Assembly: GCF_009914755.1 (NCBI RefSeq)
Contig: NC_060931.1
Length of the DNA: 64,000 bases
From: the human T2T-CHM13v2.0 reference genome, Homo sapiens
Reading direction: 5' to 3' (one strand)
The notes under the pieces were generated by a model, which made no database searches, was not told the DNA's origin, and worked only from the letters and a program-made list of their open reading frames with translations. This document shows, one piece after another, positions 1 to 26,323 of the stretch. How positions within the stretch are numbered: position 1 is the stretch's first letter; every line of letters begins with the position of its first letter. Both the position numbers and the translations under genes were made by a program.

Positions 1-312
<312 letters not shown>

Positions 313-829
313 TTATTTACATGGTTTTGGCCATGTACCATAGCTTGTCAACCCATGTTCTATACCTCTGTCATAGCTTTGGCTGTCCTGACAGCAAAGG
401 CTTGCATAAAGGTAGTTTATTTAGGAAGGTGTTCAGACGGTGAAGTGAATGACAGGGAAATGAACAGGGAAGGAGGTAAAAACAATATAAAGACCTTTCC
501 TTGAGTGGGTCACTGATGCTGGCCACTGGTTATTTAATGAGCAATCTTCCGAGGAGCCTTATGAAATACATCTCAGAACCACTAACTGTTAGCCCCTGGC
601 TGAACGTTAACCCCAGAGTATTAATTCCCCCATACTTCTGGGGAGTATACACGTGAGCTGCAAGTGAATCTGAGTAGGCAAAAAACACTCAGTGCATACC
701 TGAAGTAAGGCAGTAACAATGCCAGTGAGCTGAGCCCCAAAAGACTTGCTCATGATGCCACAGCTGGAATCACAGATAAGGCCTGAGACCATGTGAAGTG
801 GCTCAAAAGAGGTGTCCAATACAGTCTAC

Positions 830-1360
830 CCTTTCCATCCCTCAAATTTGTTCATGTCCTCCATTAAGTCTAATCTATCATGGAGGCTTCAAGATGGTAG
901 CAATCACTATTTCTACAAAAGACTAAATAAAGGAAGGTGAGTGGAACATAGTTCAATCCTTGCTGCTACAACTAATTCCAAGGCCATAATTGATATTCAT
1001 CATCTCCTTCCTAAAACCACCCATTCTACATTTCCTTCCCCACTGGCCAGCACTTTACCTGGTTTTGGCTACTTCTCCAATAGTTGACTCAAACCTTTAT
1101 CCCAAAGGATGTAAGCCCTGTGTTGGGTGCACCCTGATTGAACCACTGATTGTTCTCTACCCCTACCACCACTGTCAGAGGCAAGAAAGCACCAAAATAT
1201 ACTCAAGGGAATACCATGAATTCTAGACAGAGTCCTTTCTGCCACCATTATACAGAAATGATCCTAGCTCCTGACAGGAATCAAGGTCAATGACCTCTAT
1301 GAGTACGGTAGCACTTTCCTTACCTTCACTAGAATGAAGAATCCAAAGTGACCTAACAGT
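830..1360 (-). mobile_element. ERVL-class internal remnant (dUTPase-like region)
   Basis: ORF 1223..1453 contains TVLIEVIDLDSCQELGSFLYNGGRK, which resembles the recalled HERV-L motif TVLAGVIDPDYQ.EI.LLLHNGGKE. Confidence 0.55.
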
Positions 1361-2242
1361 GATCATCATTCCAAATATGCAAACTGGCTCAGTTTGTGGC
1401 CCTGACTTCTCTGACATGGGAGTGTCAGCTGCCTGTGGTTGCCAACGTGTCACTCAGAAATATATAATCCTGAAGTGTGGGGTATTTCTGTGCTAAAGAT
1501 AATCCTCAACCAACAGGAATCAAGGGCCAATGAGTTAAATGCTTCTGTCTTTTCACACCTGAAAAACACTGGCCCCAGGAACCAGGGTCTCTAATTCACA
1601 TTTGGGGTACAGATGGGATGCTGTCTTAGTCTATTCCATGGGTCTAATTCTGTACTTTCCATTTGTATCAGATTGTATCTGAAAAACATAGATCAGTCTG
1701 ACCAAGGTGACCACATTATAGAGTCACCACACAATTTTATTCCACGGTCTGTTAGTCTGTTCATGTGCCAGTACCATGCTGTTTTAATTGTACACGCCTT
1801 AGATTTACTGACTAGTAGAGCTAGCTTCCTCTCCCCTCTACCCAATCCCTCATGGTTTTCCTTTTTCAGTGACTTCCCAGCTATTCTTACATTATATTTT
1901 CCACGTGAACTTTAGTACCAACCTGCCTAACTCCTGTTGGTATTTTCATTGGGATTCCATTGAATTTATAAATTAGTTTAGGGAGGAATAAAATTTTTAT
2001 AACATTGAGTTGGCCTATTAAAAAACAGGCAATAACTCTGGGCATGGTGGTGCATGCTACGGCCCCAGCTACTCAGAAGGCTGAGGTGGGAGGATTGCTT
2101 GAGCCAGGAGTTTGAGGACAGCCTGGGCAACATAATGAGACCTTGTCTCAAGGAAAAAAATTGAAAAATAAAACAATTTTTTTTTTCAAAAAACAAGGTA
2201 TCTTTATATTTGTTTAAGTATACTTTGAGTCTTTCAGGAATA

Positions 2243-2600
2243 TCTTAGTCTATTTGGGCTGCTATAACAAAATATTACAGACTAGGTTTCTTATAAACAA
2301 TAAACATTTATTTTTCATAATTCTGGAGTCTAGGAAGTCCCAGATCAAGATACTGGCAAATCTGGTGACTGGCAAGGTCCTGTTTCCTGGTTCAGATGGC
2401 ATCTCTTCTAGCTGTGTCTTCACATGGTAGAAGAGACTAGCTAGCTCTCTGCAGTCTTTTCATAAGGGCACTAATTCCAATCCCAAGGGCTCCATCCTCA
2501 TAATCTAATCACCCCCAAAGGCCTCACTTCCCAACACCATGAACTTGGAGGTTAGGAATTGAAAATACATACTTGGGGGGACACAAACATTCAGACAAGA
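2243..2600 (-). mobile_element. MLT1A-like MaLR LTR
   Basis: TCTTAGTC...GGGCTGCTATAACAAAATA start and GGGGGGACACAAACATTCAGAC end typical of MLT1A. Confidence 0.75.
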
Positions 2601-2745
2601 GTAAGGGGCTTAATATTTTTTCTAAGTTTTGTACATTTATTGTCAAATGTATTCCTGAGTGTTTAATCTTTTTGGTTGTTGTTGTAAATGGGGTTCTATC
2701 TACTATTATGTCCTCTATGTGCTGTTTCTATGAAGACTATTGATT

Positions 2746-3556
2746 TTTTTTACTTTTTTATTTCAATAGTTTTAGGGGTACAGGTGGTTTTTGGTTACAT
2801 AGATAAGTTCTTTAGTGGTGATTTCTGAGATTTTAGTGCACCCATCACCCAAGCAGTGTACACGGTACCCAATATGTAGTCTTTTATCCCTCACCCCCTC
2901 CTAACCTTCCCCTCTTCCAAGCCCCAAAGTCCATTATGTCATTCTTTTGCCTTTGTGTCCTTGTAGCTTAGCTCCCACCTGTAAGTTAAACATACGATAC
3001 TTGGTTTTCCATTCAAGTTACTTGACTTAGAATAATGGCCTCCAGTTCCATCCAAGTTGCTGCAAAAGACATTCTTTTGTTCCTTTTTATGGCTGTATTC
3101 CATGGTGTATATACATACTACATTTTCTTAATCTACTTGTTGACTGATGGGCACTTAGGTTGGTTCCACGTCTTTGCAATTGTGAACTGTGCTGTTATAA
3201 ACATGCATGTGCATGTGTCTTTTTCATATAATGACTTCTTTTCCTTCGAGTAGATACCCAGTAGTGGGATTGCTGGGTCGAATGGCAGTTCTACTTTTAA
3301 CTCTTTAAAGAATCTCTATACTGTTTTCCATAGTGGTTGTACTAATTTACATTCCCATCAGCAGTGTAATAATGTTCCCTTTTTATCACATCTATGCCAA
3401 CATCTATTGTTTTTTGACTTTTTAATTACGGCCATTCTGGCAGAAATAAAGTGGTATCTCATTGTGGTTTTAATTTGCTTTTCCTAGATGATTAGTGATG
3501 TTGGGCATTTTTTCATATGTTTGTTGGCTGTCTGTATATCTTCTTTTGAGAAATAA
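2746..3556 (-). mobile_element. 5'-truncated L1PB-like 3' end
   Basis: L1 3'UTR and ORF2 C-terminal sequence; exact 14-bp TSD GAAGACTATTGATT at 2732-2745 and 3557-3570. Confidence 0.85.
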
Positions 3557-4574
3557 GAAGACTATTGATTATTATATATGAATTTTATATCCTGCTGTCC
3601 CACTAAATTATTGAGTTCATTTTATTACTGATTATCTGGGGTTCCTAGGTATTCAATCACATCATCTAAAAACAGATAGCTTTACTTCTTTGTTAACTCA
3701 TTCTTATGTTTCAACTTGGTTTCTCTTGCCTAACTGCATTGCTAAATACCTCCAGCACAATGTTGAATAGCAGTGAAGATAATGAACATCCTTGCTGTGG
3801 TTCCTGATCTTAGTGGAAATGCCTCTAGTGTTTCCCCATTAAAAAAAAAAGGGGGTCATTTTTGACAAGCTGTATTTGCCTAAAAAATTATCCATTAAAT
3901 CTAGGTTTCAAATTTATTTCAAAGACTACAAATTTGTCTTTTGATTTTTACATTTCTTCTGTTTCTCCCTTGTCATTTATTTTGCATATTTATGCTTTCT
4001 CCGTTTTTTTTTTTACCAACTTAGCTTACGGGTTTATTTATATTGTTAATTTTTTCAAAAATAGGATTTTGATTTAATAATTAGATATGTTTTTCTATTT
4101 TTTCCTCATTAATTTCTGTTTTTATCTATACTAATTCCTATCATATGCTTTCTTTTGAATTACTTTGTTGTTCTTTACCTAGTTTTTTTGAGCTAAGAAT
4201 TTAATTCACTTTTTATTCCTTCCTTTTCATTGATAAAAGGTATTTACTGCAATGAGTTTTTCTTTGATCACTCCTTTAATTCACCATATAGATTTAATAA
4301 TTTATTTTTAACTGACACATAATAATTGTATATACTGATGGGGTACACAGTGATGTTTTGATACATAGAATGCATAGTTATCACATCAGGGTAATTAGCA
4401 CATCCATCTCCTCAAACATTTATCATTTCTTTTACTGGGAACATTCAAAATCCTCTCTGAGCTATTTGAAAATACATAATAAATAACTGTTAACTACAGT
4501 CATCTTGCAGTGCTATATAGTCTATAGATTCTGGTATGTAGTTATGTAGTGATTTGCCTTTTTTCCCCCAAATT

Positions 4575-5020
4575 CAGCATGACCATAAATCACAAATGAC
4601 ATCTCCAACCAGAAACATTCCAACCATAAAATAAACCCCTCCCTGACCAGAGACATGCCAGCCCCGAGACAACTTCCCCTCGGGCCAGAGAGATGTCAGC
4701 CTCCCGAGTGCCTGCCACCACACCAGGCTAATTTTTTTTTTTTTTTTTTTCTATTTTTTAGTAGAGACAGGATTTCACTTTGTTAGCCAGGCTGGTCTCG
4801 AACACCTGACCTCATGATCCACCCAACTCGGCCTCCCAAAGTGCTGGGATTACAGGCGTGAGCCACCATGCCTGGCTAATGAATACTCTTAGTCTATAAG
4901 AGAGAGCGCTCCTGAACGAAATCGGCCAGAAGTCCCTCTCATGTTTATTCTCCAAAATAAACCTATCTTTGACTGTTGAGCTGCTTTTCATGTTTCTTTC
5001 CTCTTTCTTTAACTCTTACA
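4575..5020 (+). mobile_element. MER50-like ERV1 LTR with a partial antisense Alu (about 4697-4876)
   Basis: Ends AATAAACCTATCTTTGACTGTTGAGC...TTTAACTCTTACA as recalled for MER50. Confidence 0.65.
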
Positions 5021-5540
5021 CTTAGACCTTGAAAGACCCTAAATATCCACCTTTCCTTCCTTTTCCCATTGACACCTGATTGCCAAAAGGCACTTCTTTT
5101 TTCCTTTTTGCCTTTTTTCTCCTGGAGAAGTGTATGTTTGGAACACTGTCCCTTTATGTTGTGGTGGTCCTTTTAAATTACATTTGCCCTTTTATGTTGA
5201 GTATTTCTCTTTAAATTGTATGTCTAGCCTCTGAGACAGGGTCGCTCTGTTGCCAAGGCTGGAGTGCAGTAGCACGATACTGGCTCATGGCAAACCTCCA
5301 CCTCCCAGGCTCAAGCAATTCTCTCATCTCAGCCTCCTGAGTAGCTGGGACCACAAGCATGCCCACCATGCCCACGTAATTTACGTATTTTCCTTATTTG
5401 GTAGAGATGAGGTTTCACCATGTTGCCCAGGCTTTTCTATTGTGCTTAAATCTTTAAATCAAGTACACTTTGAAATCCGTTTCCTATAGTAAATGCTCTT
5501 ATCTTCCCCACTAACTTTTTAGTATTTTCTGAATTACAAC

Positions 5541-5982
5541 TGTGGAGTCCTAATCAGGGAAAAGAAGTCAGGCTGGCAGGACCAAGGAAAAGCAAAAAGA
5601 GAACGCAGATAAGCTGTAAGTCGGCCTTTCTTCATGGTCTAGGACACATAGCCCTCCTGCACAAATAATTCACAATCTTCCTATGCCCAACTTATCACTA
5701 GACCATCAGCTAATAGAAAAATGCAAGTTAGCTAACTGCAACCTTGGTGTTATCAGTACTGCACAAAGCCCTCTTCAGCACAGCAAGAGCACCATCCTAT
5801 AAAATCCCAGGCAAGCCTTTGTCTCCCTGAAGTCAGCTCCACTCTTGCTGACTGGGCCATTGCACCCTAGCAACATGTTTCCACTTTTTTAAAGAATCCG
5901 TCTTTCTTTACCTACACCCATCTTGGGCAATTCTTTTTACCGTCTTCATGACACCAGCCCCAGATAGTCACTACCCACAGCA
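5541..5982 (+). mobile_element. MER83-like solo LTR
   Basis: Starts TGTGGAGTCCTAATCAGGGAAAAG; TG...CA ends flanked by ACAAC direct repeats. Confidence 0.7.
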
Positions 5983-7051
5983 ACAACTTTAATCTTTCTA
6001 GTTGTTGTTCCTGCCTGGTGGTTGCTAACCTCCCTCTTCTATCTATCTACAACCTTAGTGGTTGGCCACTGCTTGCCCCAAAGACTTTGGGGATGCGGGG
6101 GGTGGGGGGTGTGGTTCGGGGGGCGGGGTGCGGTTCAGGGGAGGGATGAGGAATTACCATACTGGCATTTGGCAGTTTTTCTTTTTACTCAAAGTGGTTT
6201 CATACTTTTCAGTATTCTCTGAACTGAAATAACTCTGAGGATGTAGTTTTACCAAGAACAACTGTAGTTGTAAAATTGTTTCTTATCATTTAGGGAGATT
6301 TTGAGTCATTGATTAGTATACAGCCTTCATTGTCTTCAACTAACGAGAAGTCCATACATGTCATTCAACTGGTGTGTTTAGACAATCCATTATTAATATA
6401 ATTACTGATTATGACTGGATTGAAATCTGTGGTCTTGTTAGTTTGTTTTCTGTTTTTGTTTTTGTTGTTGTTTTGCAGGAGACTACAGTTTTATTATTCC
6501 TCAAATCAGTCTGTGGTCTGGCTAGTTTTATATTTGTTCCATCTGGTCTTTGTTTCTCTGCCCATCTCCTCTACCCCCGCCCCCTTTCTGCCTGAGTTTG
6601 GGTTAACTGAACACTTTTTTCCTTTAATAACTTTGGTACCAACTATTTTTATTATTCCATTTTACTTCCTTTACTAGTTTATTGTTTATACTTCTTTAAA
6701 TTTTTTTTAGTTGTTGCCCCAGGGTTTATATCTTTACTTAATAACTAAGAGTATCACTTCATGGCTAGAATAAGAACCTCTCAAGGGTATATTCCCAATA
6801 CTTTCCTTCTATTCTTTGTGCAATTGTTCTAATATATTTTTATATATGCTTTAAACACATTACACTACTATTTTTTGTTTTAGACATACAGCTATTGTCC
6901 AGAATAATTTTTCAAAAAGAAAAAAGTGAATGTGATTTTGCCCTGGCTTGTTTCCAGTGTTCTTTTTGTGTAGCTCCAAGTTTCTGCTTGGTATCATATT
7001 CCTTCTATCTGAAGAATATCCTTTAACATTTCTTGCAGAGTAAGACAGCTA

Positions 7052-7335
<284 letters not shown>

Positions 7336-7644
7336 AGAGCAAGATGCTGTCTCATAAATTAGTAAGTCTTTACTTTTCTATCACCTTTTAAAGATAGTCT
7401 CACTGGGTATAAAATTATCAGTTGACACAACATTGTCTTCTAGCTTGCATGTTTTCTGAAAAAAACAGTCTACTATAATCTGTTTCTATTTGTATAATGT
7501 TTTGTCCTTTTTTGGGGGGGGTACCTTTAAAATTTTCTATTTAAATTTTCTTTTTGGCAGTTTCACTGATATGCCTAGAGGTATGTGTATGTGTCCCATG
7601 TGGTGTTCTTTGAGCTTTCTGGACATGCATTTTGTTGTCTGTAA

Positions 7645-8540
<896 letters not shown>

Positions 8541-9489
8541 CCCTATTTAGGTCTTATTTAATTTCTATCACCAATGTTTTGTAGTTTTTAGTCTATATAT
8601 CTTATACATCTTTCATCAGATTCACCCCAAAGTATTTCATATTTTGATGCTACTGTAAACAGGATTAATTGCAACTTACAACTGCTCTTGGCAAGTATAT
8701 ACAACATAATTGATTTTTGCATATTGATCTTGTATTCTGCAAATTTGCTAGGCTCACTTATTACTTCCTGTAGCTTTTGTTGGATTCCACAAATTTTCTA
8801 CATAGACAATGTCATCAGCAAAGAGTCTCAGTTTTCTTGTTCAAATTGTTTTTCCTTAATAATTTTTCTGTATACTTGCTCTATGTTTTTGAGAGATGAG
8901 TACTGAAATTTCCAGCTTTAATTGTGGATCTGTTGATTTCTCCTTTCAATTCTACCAATTTTTGTTTCAAGCACTGTGAAACTCTGTTATTAGCTCCATA
9001 AACAATATTACTTTGTCCTCTTGGTAAGCTGACCCCTTTATCCCTAGTAATATTATTTAATCTGGAGTCTACATTATCTGAAGACATACAGCTTCTTGTG
9101 ATTACAGTTAGCATGGTATATCTTGCTTCATCTTTTTACTTCTAATCTATTTGTTTCTTTATATTTAAGGTATGTTTTTATAGGCAGCATAAAGTTGGAT
9201 TTGGCTTTTTTAAGAAATCCAATCTGAGCTGGGCACAGTGGCTAATGCCTGTAGTTCCAACTACTTGGGAGGACCGCTTGAGCCCAGGGGTTTAAAGATG
9301 CAGTGAGCTATGATCATGTCACTGCACTGAGTGACCCCATCTCTTAAAAAAAATCCAATCTAGCCATCTTTCCCTTTTAATTGAAGTGTTTAGAATAGGT
9401 GCCTTTAATGTAATTATTGATATGGTTGGGTTGGAGTCTGTCATCTTGCTATTTCTTTTCCATTCATCTCATCTGGTTTTTGTTCCCTT

Positions 9490-9787
9490 TTCTTTTTCTT
9501 TTCTTTTTTTTTTTTTTTTGAGATGGAGACTTGCTCTGTCACCCAGGCTGGAGTGCAGTGGCATCATCTGGGCTCACTGCAACCTCCGCCTCCCAGGTTC
9601 AAATGATTCTCCGAGTAACTGGGATTACAGGCACGTGCCATCACACCTGGCTAATTTTTGTATTCTTAGTAGAGATGGGGTTTCGCCATGTTGGCCAGGC
9701 TGGTCTCCAACTCCTGACCTCAGGCGATCCACCTGCCTCGGTCTCCCAGTGTGCTGGGATTACAGGTGTGAGCCACTGCACCTGGCC
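9490..9787 (-). mobile_element. AluS
   Basis: Reverse-complement Alu consensus. Confidence 0.9.
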
Positions 9788-11077
9788 TGAATTTTGTTCC
9801 CTTTTCTTTTCCTCCCCAACCTTCTTTTGGGTGGAATATATGTTATGATTCTATTTAACTCTTTTGTTGGCTTATTAGCTATAATTCTGCATTGTTATTT
9901 TAGTGGTGGCTTTATACAGTAAATCTTTAACCTATTAGATTTTCTTCAAGTGCTAAAACACTTCATAAAGAGGATACAAACTTTATAGTAATAAAGTACC
10001 ATTTCTCTTCTTTGCCTCATGCTATTTTTGTCACAGATTTTATTTTACATATGTTATAAACTCCATACTAAATTAAGACTTTTCTTTAAGCAGTCAATTA
10101 ACTTTTAAAATTACGTAAACAAGGAAAATTTCTTGTTTATCTACTCAGTTTAACATTTCCAGTATTCTTCATTTCTTTGCATAGATCCATATCTTCATTA
10201 TCATTTTCATCCTGGTGAAAAAAATCCCTTTTATAATTAATGTGACTCTGTCAGAGATAAATTCTTTCAGCGGTTTTTAAGTCTGAAATTGCCTTTTTAT
10301 CACCTTCACTTTTGAAAGTTATTTTCACTGGAAATCGAATTCTGGATTGACAGTTGTTTTCAGCTGTTGTTGTTTTCTTTAAGTACTATCCATATGTTGT
10401 TTTGGTGGGATCAATCTAGTGTCATCTCCCTTCAGCCTGAAAAAACTTCATTTACTATAATATTTACTGTAGAGCAGGTCTGCTGGTGACAAATACCTTT
10501 TAGTTTACCTACATCTGAGGAAGTCTTTATTTCACCTTCATTCCTGGAAGATATTTTCAGTGGATATGGTATTCTGAGTCATCACTTCCTTTCTTTCAGC
10601 ACTTTAAAGTTGGTGTTCCACTGTTTTTAGACTTCCAGATTTTCTGATGAGAAACCCACAGTGATGTGTATATGTAATGAATCATGTTCCTCTTGGTGCT
10701 TTCAACAGTTTTCCTCATCTTTGGTGTTCAGCAGTTTCATTAAGTGACTGAGAGCAGAGTCCTTTGAATTTACCTTGTCTAAGTTTCACTTAGTTTCTTG
10801 AGTCTGTAAATTTATCTTTCTCCAAATTTGTAAGTTTTCAGTCATTATTTTCTCAAATTTTTTTTTCGCACCAATACCTTTCTCCTCTTCTTCAGGGACT
10901 TCAATGTCACAAATGTTAGGCCCTTTGATACAGTCTCACAGGCCAGTGAGGCTGTTTATTTTTGTTTTCTTTTTTCTCTCTCTCTTTTCAGTTGGGATTT
11001 ATTTCTACTGGTTTATCTTTAAATTCACTAACCTGTTCCTCTGACATCTCCATTCTGCTACTGAGATGAACCAATGA

Positions 11078-17530
<6,453 letters not shown>

Positions 17531-20364
17531 GTCTGAGCTAATGAATCTTTTTACTTTACATATTATAGTCTGTCATTTCTAGAATTTTCATTTGGTTTTG
17601 TATATATAGCTCACTGCTGAGAATTCCTCTTTCCATTGATTTCAAGAGTGTCTGCCTTTATAGTACATGGTTGCAGTAGCTGCTTTAAAGTATTTAAGAA
17701 TCCCTACAACTGGGTCATTTTGGGGGTATCTATTGATTATCTTTTCCCTTGAAAATTTCCAAGTTTTTTCCAATCAACAGATACCAACCCCAAAATGACA
17801 CACTTGTAGAGATTAACATTGGTTCAATGGAATCAATTTCCTTTCCTGGTTGACTGGTTTTGGATTGTATCCTGCATATTTTGATTATGTCATGAGACTC
17901 TGGATCCTATTAAAAGCCTCTGGGGACTACTGACTTTTTTGTTTTAGCAAGGAATCAACCCAGTTAGTTTCAGATTACAAGTTCTGCCTCGCCTTCTGTG
18001 CATATTGATTCCAATGTCAGTTTATACTTCAAAGCTTTTGCTATGCTTCTTTAGGAATAGTCCATACATGTAGTGCTTTGGTAAATTATCCATTCCTCCA
18101 TGTCTTTCCTCATATCTTTTTTCCCATACCATCTGGCAGTCAAAGACACCTTTCCCAGGTCGTCAGCCAGAAATATGGGGTTCTCTCAAGAGTTTCAGCT
18201 CCCTGTACTATGCAAGTGGGCCCACCTTCATGATGAAGAGGTAAGAAAAGATAGAAAGAAAAAATAATGATGTGGCTTTTCCCCCACTCTTCACCCAACA
18301 GCCGTCCCTTTTCTCAGTGGTAGGTTTCTTCCGAGGGTTTTAAGTGCTCACAACATTGCTGTCGTATCCTAGTAAAGTTGTTCCACAACTAGGGCTGACC
18401 TCAGGACGGGAAAGAAAACAAGAAAAACACAAACAAACAAACAAACAAGGATTCTCCCCCAACTCTCCAGCTTGCAGTCACCACCAACCTTTTTTTTTTT
18501 TTTTTTTTTTTTTGTAAACTGTGCTCAGGCCAGAGAGATGGGCTTCTTTCTCAGTCTCTATTGACCACACCTACTATATAGTTCCCTGATTCAGTCTGCC
18601 CTTGGGTCAAACTCAAGGTATAAAGATGAAAATTAACCATGAAACTCACTGTTGCTATATTGGTCATTCATTAAGTATTGTTTTCTCTCCCTAATTCACC
18701 TACTATATTTACTATTTGGAGGCTTCAGGTAATTGTTTTTGTTTTTTTGTCCAGGGTTGTTATTTATTATTATTATTATATTATTTGTAATCACTGGGAA
18801 AGATGGGCTCCAGTAGCTTTATTTCATCTTGGCTAGAATTAGAAGTCTCCTGGCTTTCCCTTTTATTCACTGTTGTTCATTTCACTAGGCTTTAGAGAAG
18901 GAAGTTTTGAGACGTGGCATCACTTCATCATCTTTCCTGAAAAGTCTGCCCCAATTTCATTTTAAAATAAAATAAGTGTTAATCCAAATAAATCAGGAAA
19001 GTTGGCTTGCAAACTGGGCAGGAAAAAGAGAAGGGAAGTAGGAGACAGAAAGGTTTCTCAACACACATTAACACACCTTTCTCCACTTCTGCCTGTGTGA
19101 GTGCTTTCCTGAGGTAGAGAGGGAAATAAATAATCCTTCTGATTCCAACTCCCTTGCTTGAAGAGAGAAAATGGATTATCTTTTAACTCATGCAACACTT
19201 TTATTGCATGTCTAATAATACAAAGCACTTTTCCAGGTATTGATGATACAAAGTTATATGTGTTTCTTTCTCTCAAAGAATTAATAATTCAGAAGGCAGA
19301 AAAACTATGCAAATAATTATAGTACAATATATTAAAATACTAGAACAGAGGTTAAAAAAAAAAATCAAGTGTTAGAACAACCGAGGCTAGGGGTAGTGGC
19401 TCTCACCTGTAATTCCAGCACTTTGGGAGGCTGAGATGAGAGGACTGCTTGAGGTCAGGAGTTCAAGACCAACCTAATCAACATAGCAAGACCCTACCTC
19501 TCAAAAAAAAAAAAAAAAAAAAAGAGAACAACAGAGAAGACAATGACTAATCTGTCAAGAAAGAAGAAGAAGGAAGTCAGTACCTATAATGACATGTATT
19601 TGAGCTATGTGGAAAAGGCAACAGAATAATTCCAGGCACAGGGAGAAGCATGTACAAATATAAAGGGTATCAAAGAGCATGATGAGTTTGGGAAAGAACT
19701 ACAGCACTGATATGAACCCTAGGGAATACCAATATTTAGATGACAGGCAGAAGAAAACCAGCCACTTCTGAGCTATCATAGGATAAAATGGAGAAATCAA
19801 AGAGGAGAGGAAATCCAGGACTATGGTTTCTGAAAGCCAAAGATGGTACAACTCCAGGAAGTATTTAACCATGTTAAAACTGGGAAAGAGGTCAGGTAAA
19901 ATGTGGACAGAAAATTAACTTTTAAAATTAACTAAGTAAGAAGTTACTGGAAATCTTTGAGAGGAGTTTCACTACAGTGGTGGTTAAGTCATAATAGTAT
20001 CTCATTTTCTTGTTCTAAACCATTTCCTGGCAGTAAATCTTCAGAAGTAATTATTCAGGAACAGCTGCACCATTCAAATAGAAAAGTTGTTTCGGGCTTG
20101 TATATTTCTTACTAAGTGGATGAACTTAGCATTTAGTTTCCTTAGGAAGCACAAAGTATCTTTCTCCCCCTACCCGAATCCACACATTATCGGCACAATT
20201 GATTTCAAAACTGCCTAGCTGATAACAGTTTCTACAACCCATTTATTTCTTCCTAAACCATGGTCTTTGAATTTTTCATTTGATTTTCTGAAACCAGGAC
20301 GTAACTTCTCACATACTGATGCCCACTCCCCAGAGTACTTCCTAATGTGAGTGATGGATCATTC

Positions 20365-20462
20365 CTCAGGACTCAATTCCAGAATTCTCAATTCTCTCAA
20401 TTCTCAATTCCTCAATTCTCTCAATTCTCAATTCCTCAATTCTCTCAGGACTCAATTCCAGA
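20365..20462. repeat. CTCAATT-based compound tandem repeat bracketed by a 19-bp direct repeat
   Basis: CTCAGGACTCAATTCCAGA at 20365-20383 and 20444-20462; the 24-mer CTCAATTCTCTCAATTCTCAATTC occurs about 2.5 times between them. Confidence 0.9.
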
Positions 20463-21069
20463 CTTTCACTGGGTGGGTGCCATCACATAAGGGTATGCCT
20501 TCTTGTAATGAGTAGAACAGTAAAATCAGGTTGTCAATATACATTTAGTTAGTTAAGACACTAACTACATCTCTTTTTTTTTTTCACCGAGCTGTAATTT
20601 ATACAATAAAATGGACAACTGAAATATTATGCTAAATCAGTTTTGGCAATTGTGATCATCTATGTAACCTCCATCCAAAATAAAAATACTGAACATTTCC
20701 ATCACCCCAGAAAGTTCCCTCATGCCCATTTCCAATCAATTTCCTCTAACCCAGTAGACTTCTGACTTCTATCACCACAGATGAGTTTGGGGGCTGTTCT
20801 TGGAGTTTATACGAAGAGAATCATCCAGCATATATTCTTTTGTGTCTGTTTTCTTTCCAACATAAATGTTTTAGAAGTTTATCCATGTTGTTGCCTGAAT
20901 CAGCAATTTTTTCCTTTTATTGCTGAGTAATAGTCTATTGCATGAATATACCACAATTTGTTCCTTCTTCTTTGATGAGCATTTGGGATGTTTCCAGTTT
21001 AGGGTTATCACAAATACGAGGGGACTTCAAAAAATCTGTGGAAAAATGGAATTAAAAAATAAACCTAAC

Positions 21070-21646
<577 letters not shown>

Positions 21647-21787
21647 CTATAAATTTTATTTATCGACATAGCTCCATCAAGTTCAAGACACATTTTAAAG
21701 TGATGATACCAGTCATTTAGTCCATCCCTAAACAATTGAAGTTGCTGGGAATGTAAGCATGTCAATGCAGTCATTTTTACATTATTA

Positions 21788-23915
<2,128 letters not shown>

Positions 23916-24917
23916 CATTTTTCCATTATTAACTGAAGAAACATGGGTGCTCTTTAGAGATTTTTTTCAAGATTAGGAAGCAAAAGAAAGAAGCCAGATA
24001 AGAACTCTAAGGTGGATGCCTACGGACACTCTTGCAAAATTGCCCTTGTTTGATGAGACAAATGAACAGACACACTGTCACGGTGGAGAAGGACTCTCTG
24101 GTGAAGCTTTCCCAAGTGTTTTTCTACTAAAGCTTTGGCCAACTTTCTCTAAATACTCTCATAATAAGCTATTATCATTACTTGGCCCTCCAGAAAGTGA
24201 ACAAGCAAAATCCCTCAAGCATCTCCAAAAACTGTTGCCCTGTTTTTGACAGGTCCACTTTTGCTTTGACTGGACCACTTCCACTTCCACCTCTTGGTAG
24301 CTATTGCTTTGATCATACTTTGTCTTCAGGATTGGACTGCTAGCCACATTTCTTCTCCCGTTATAATTCCTCAAGGAAATGTCTCAGGATCTTGATCTCA
24401 CTTGTTTAAAACTTCCACTTAAAGCTCTGCTCTTGCCTGCAGCCAATCTAGATGCAATAGTTTTGACATCCATTAAATAGTTTGCTCAACTTTAATTTTA
24501 TCAGTCAGAATTGGGTAAGGCTGAACCAAATGAGGTGTCCATACATTGGCTATTGCTGCTGTTAATCATCAGTTTTACAAATTGATGTAGATGGTCTGCT
24601 GCTGAAGACGAAGGGCTTCATGGTTAACATTGTCTCATCCCTTCTTAATACAACTTATCCATTTGTAAACTGCTGATTTCTTTGGGTCACTATTGCCATG
24701 CTTTTTTGTAACACATCGATAATTTCACCATTCTTCTACCCAAAGTTCACCATAAATGTAATGTTTGTTCTTGTTTCAATTTTAGCAGAATTGATGTTGC
24801 TCTGAAATGGATTATTTTCAAACGGATGTATTAGTGTCTCAAGCTAGTTACTGTTCGGACATGTTATTAACAAGTTAGTCATGAGTTTATATTTTAGTGC
24901 AAAAAAATTTTGAATTC

Positions 24918-25672
<755 letters not shown>

Positions 25673-26000
25673 AACTCCATGGATATTTTTTCATAACACA
25701 CATTTCCCACAAACTTTTTGAAGAACCCTCATAAGGCTGTTATGACATTCTTGTACAGTCTTTTTTGTGGCCATATATGTATTCATTTTCCTTGAGTAAA
25801 TACCTAGAAGGGGTATTACTGGTCACAGGGCAGGTATATAATTAACTTTATAAGAAACTGCCAAAACTTTTCTACGGTGGTTGTATCATTCTACATTCCT
25901 ATCTACAGTGTATGGGAGTTTCAATTGTTCCAAATGTTCGATATTGGAATAGGCTTTTTTATTTTGGTATTGTCAAGCTTTTTTGTTGTAACCATTCTAG

Positions 26001-26323
<323 letters not shown>

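Noticed and set aside
20365-20462. CRISPR-like repeat array
   Set aside because: No unique spacers, eukaryotic context and no cas genes; it is a simple tandem repeat.
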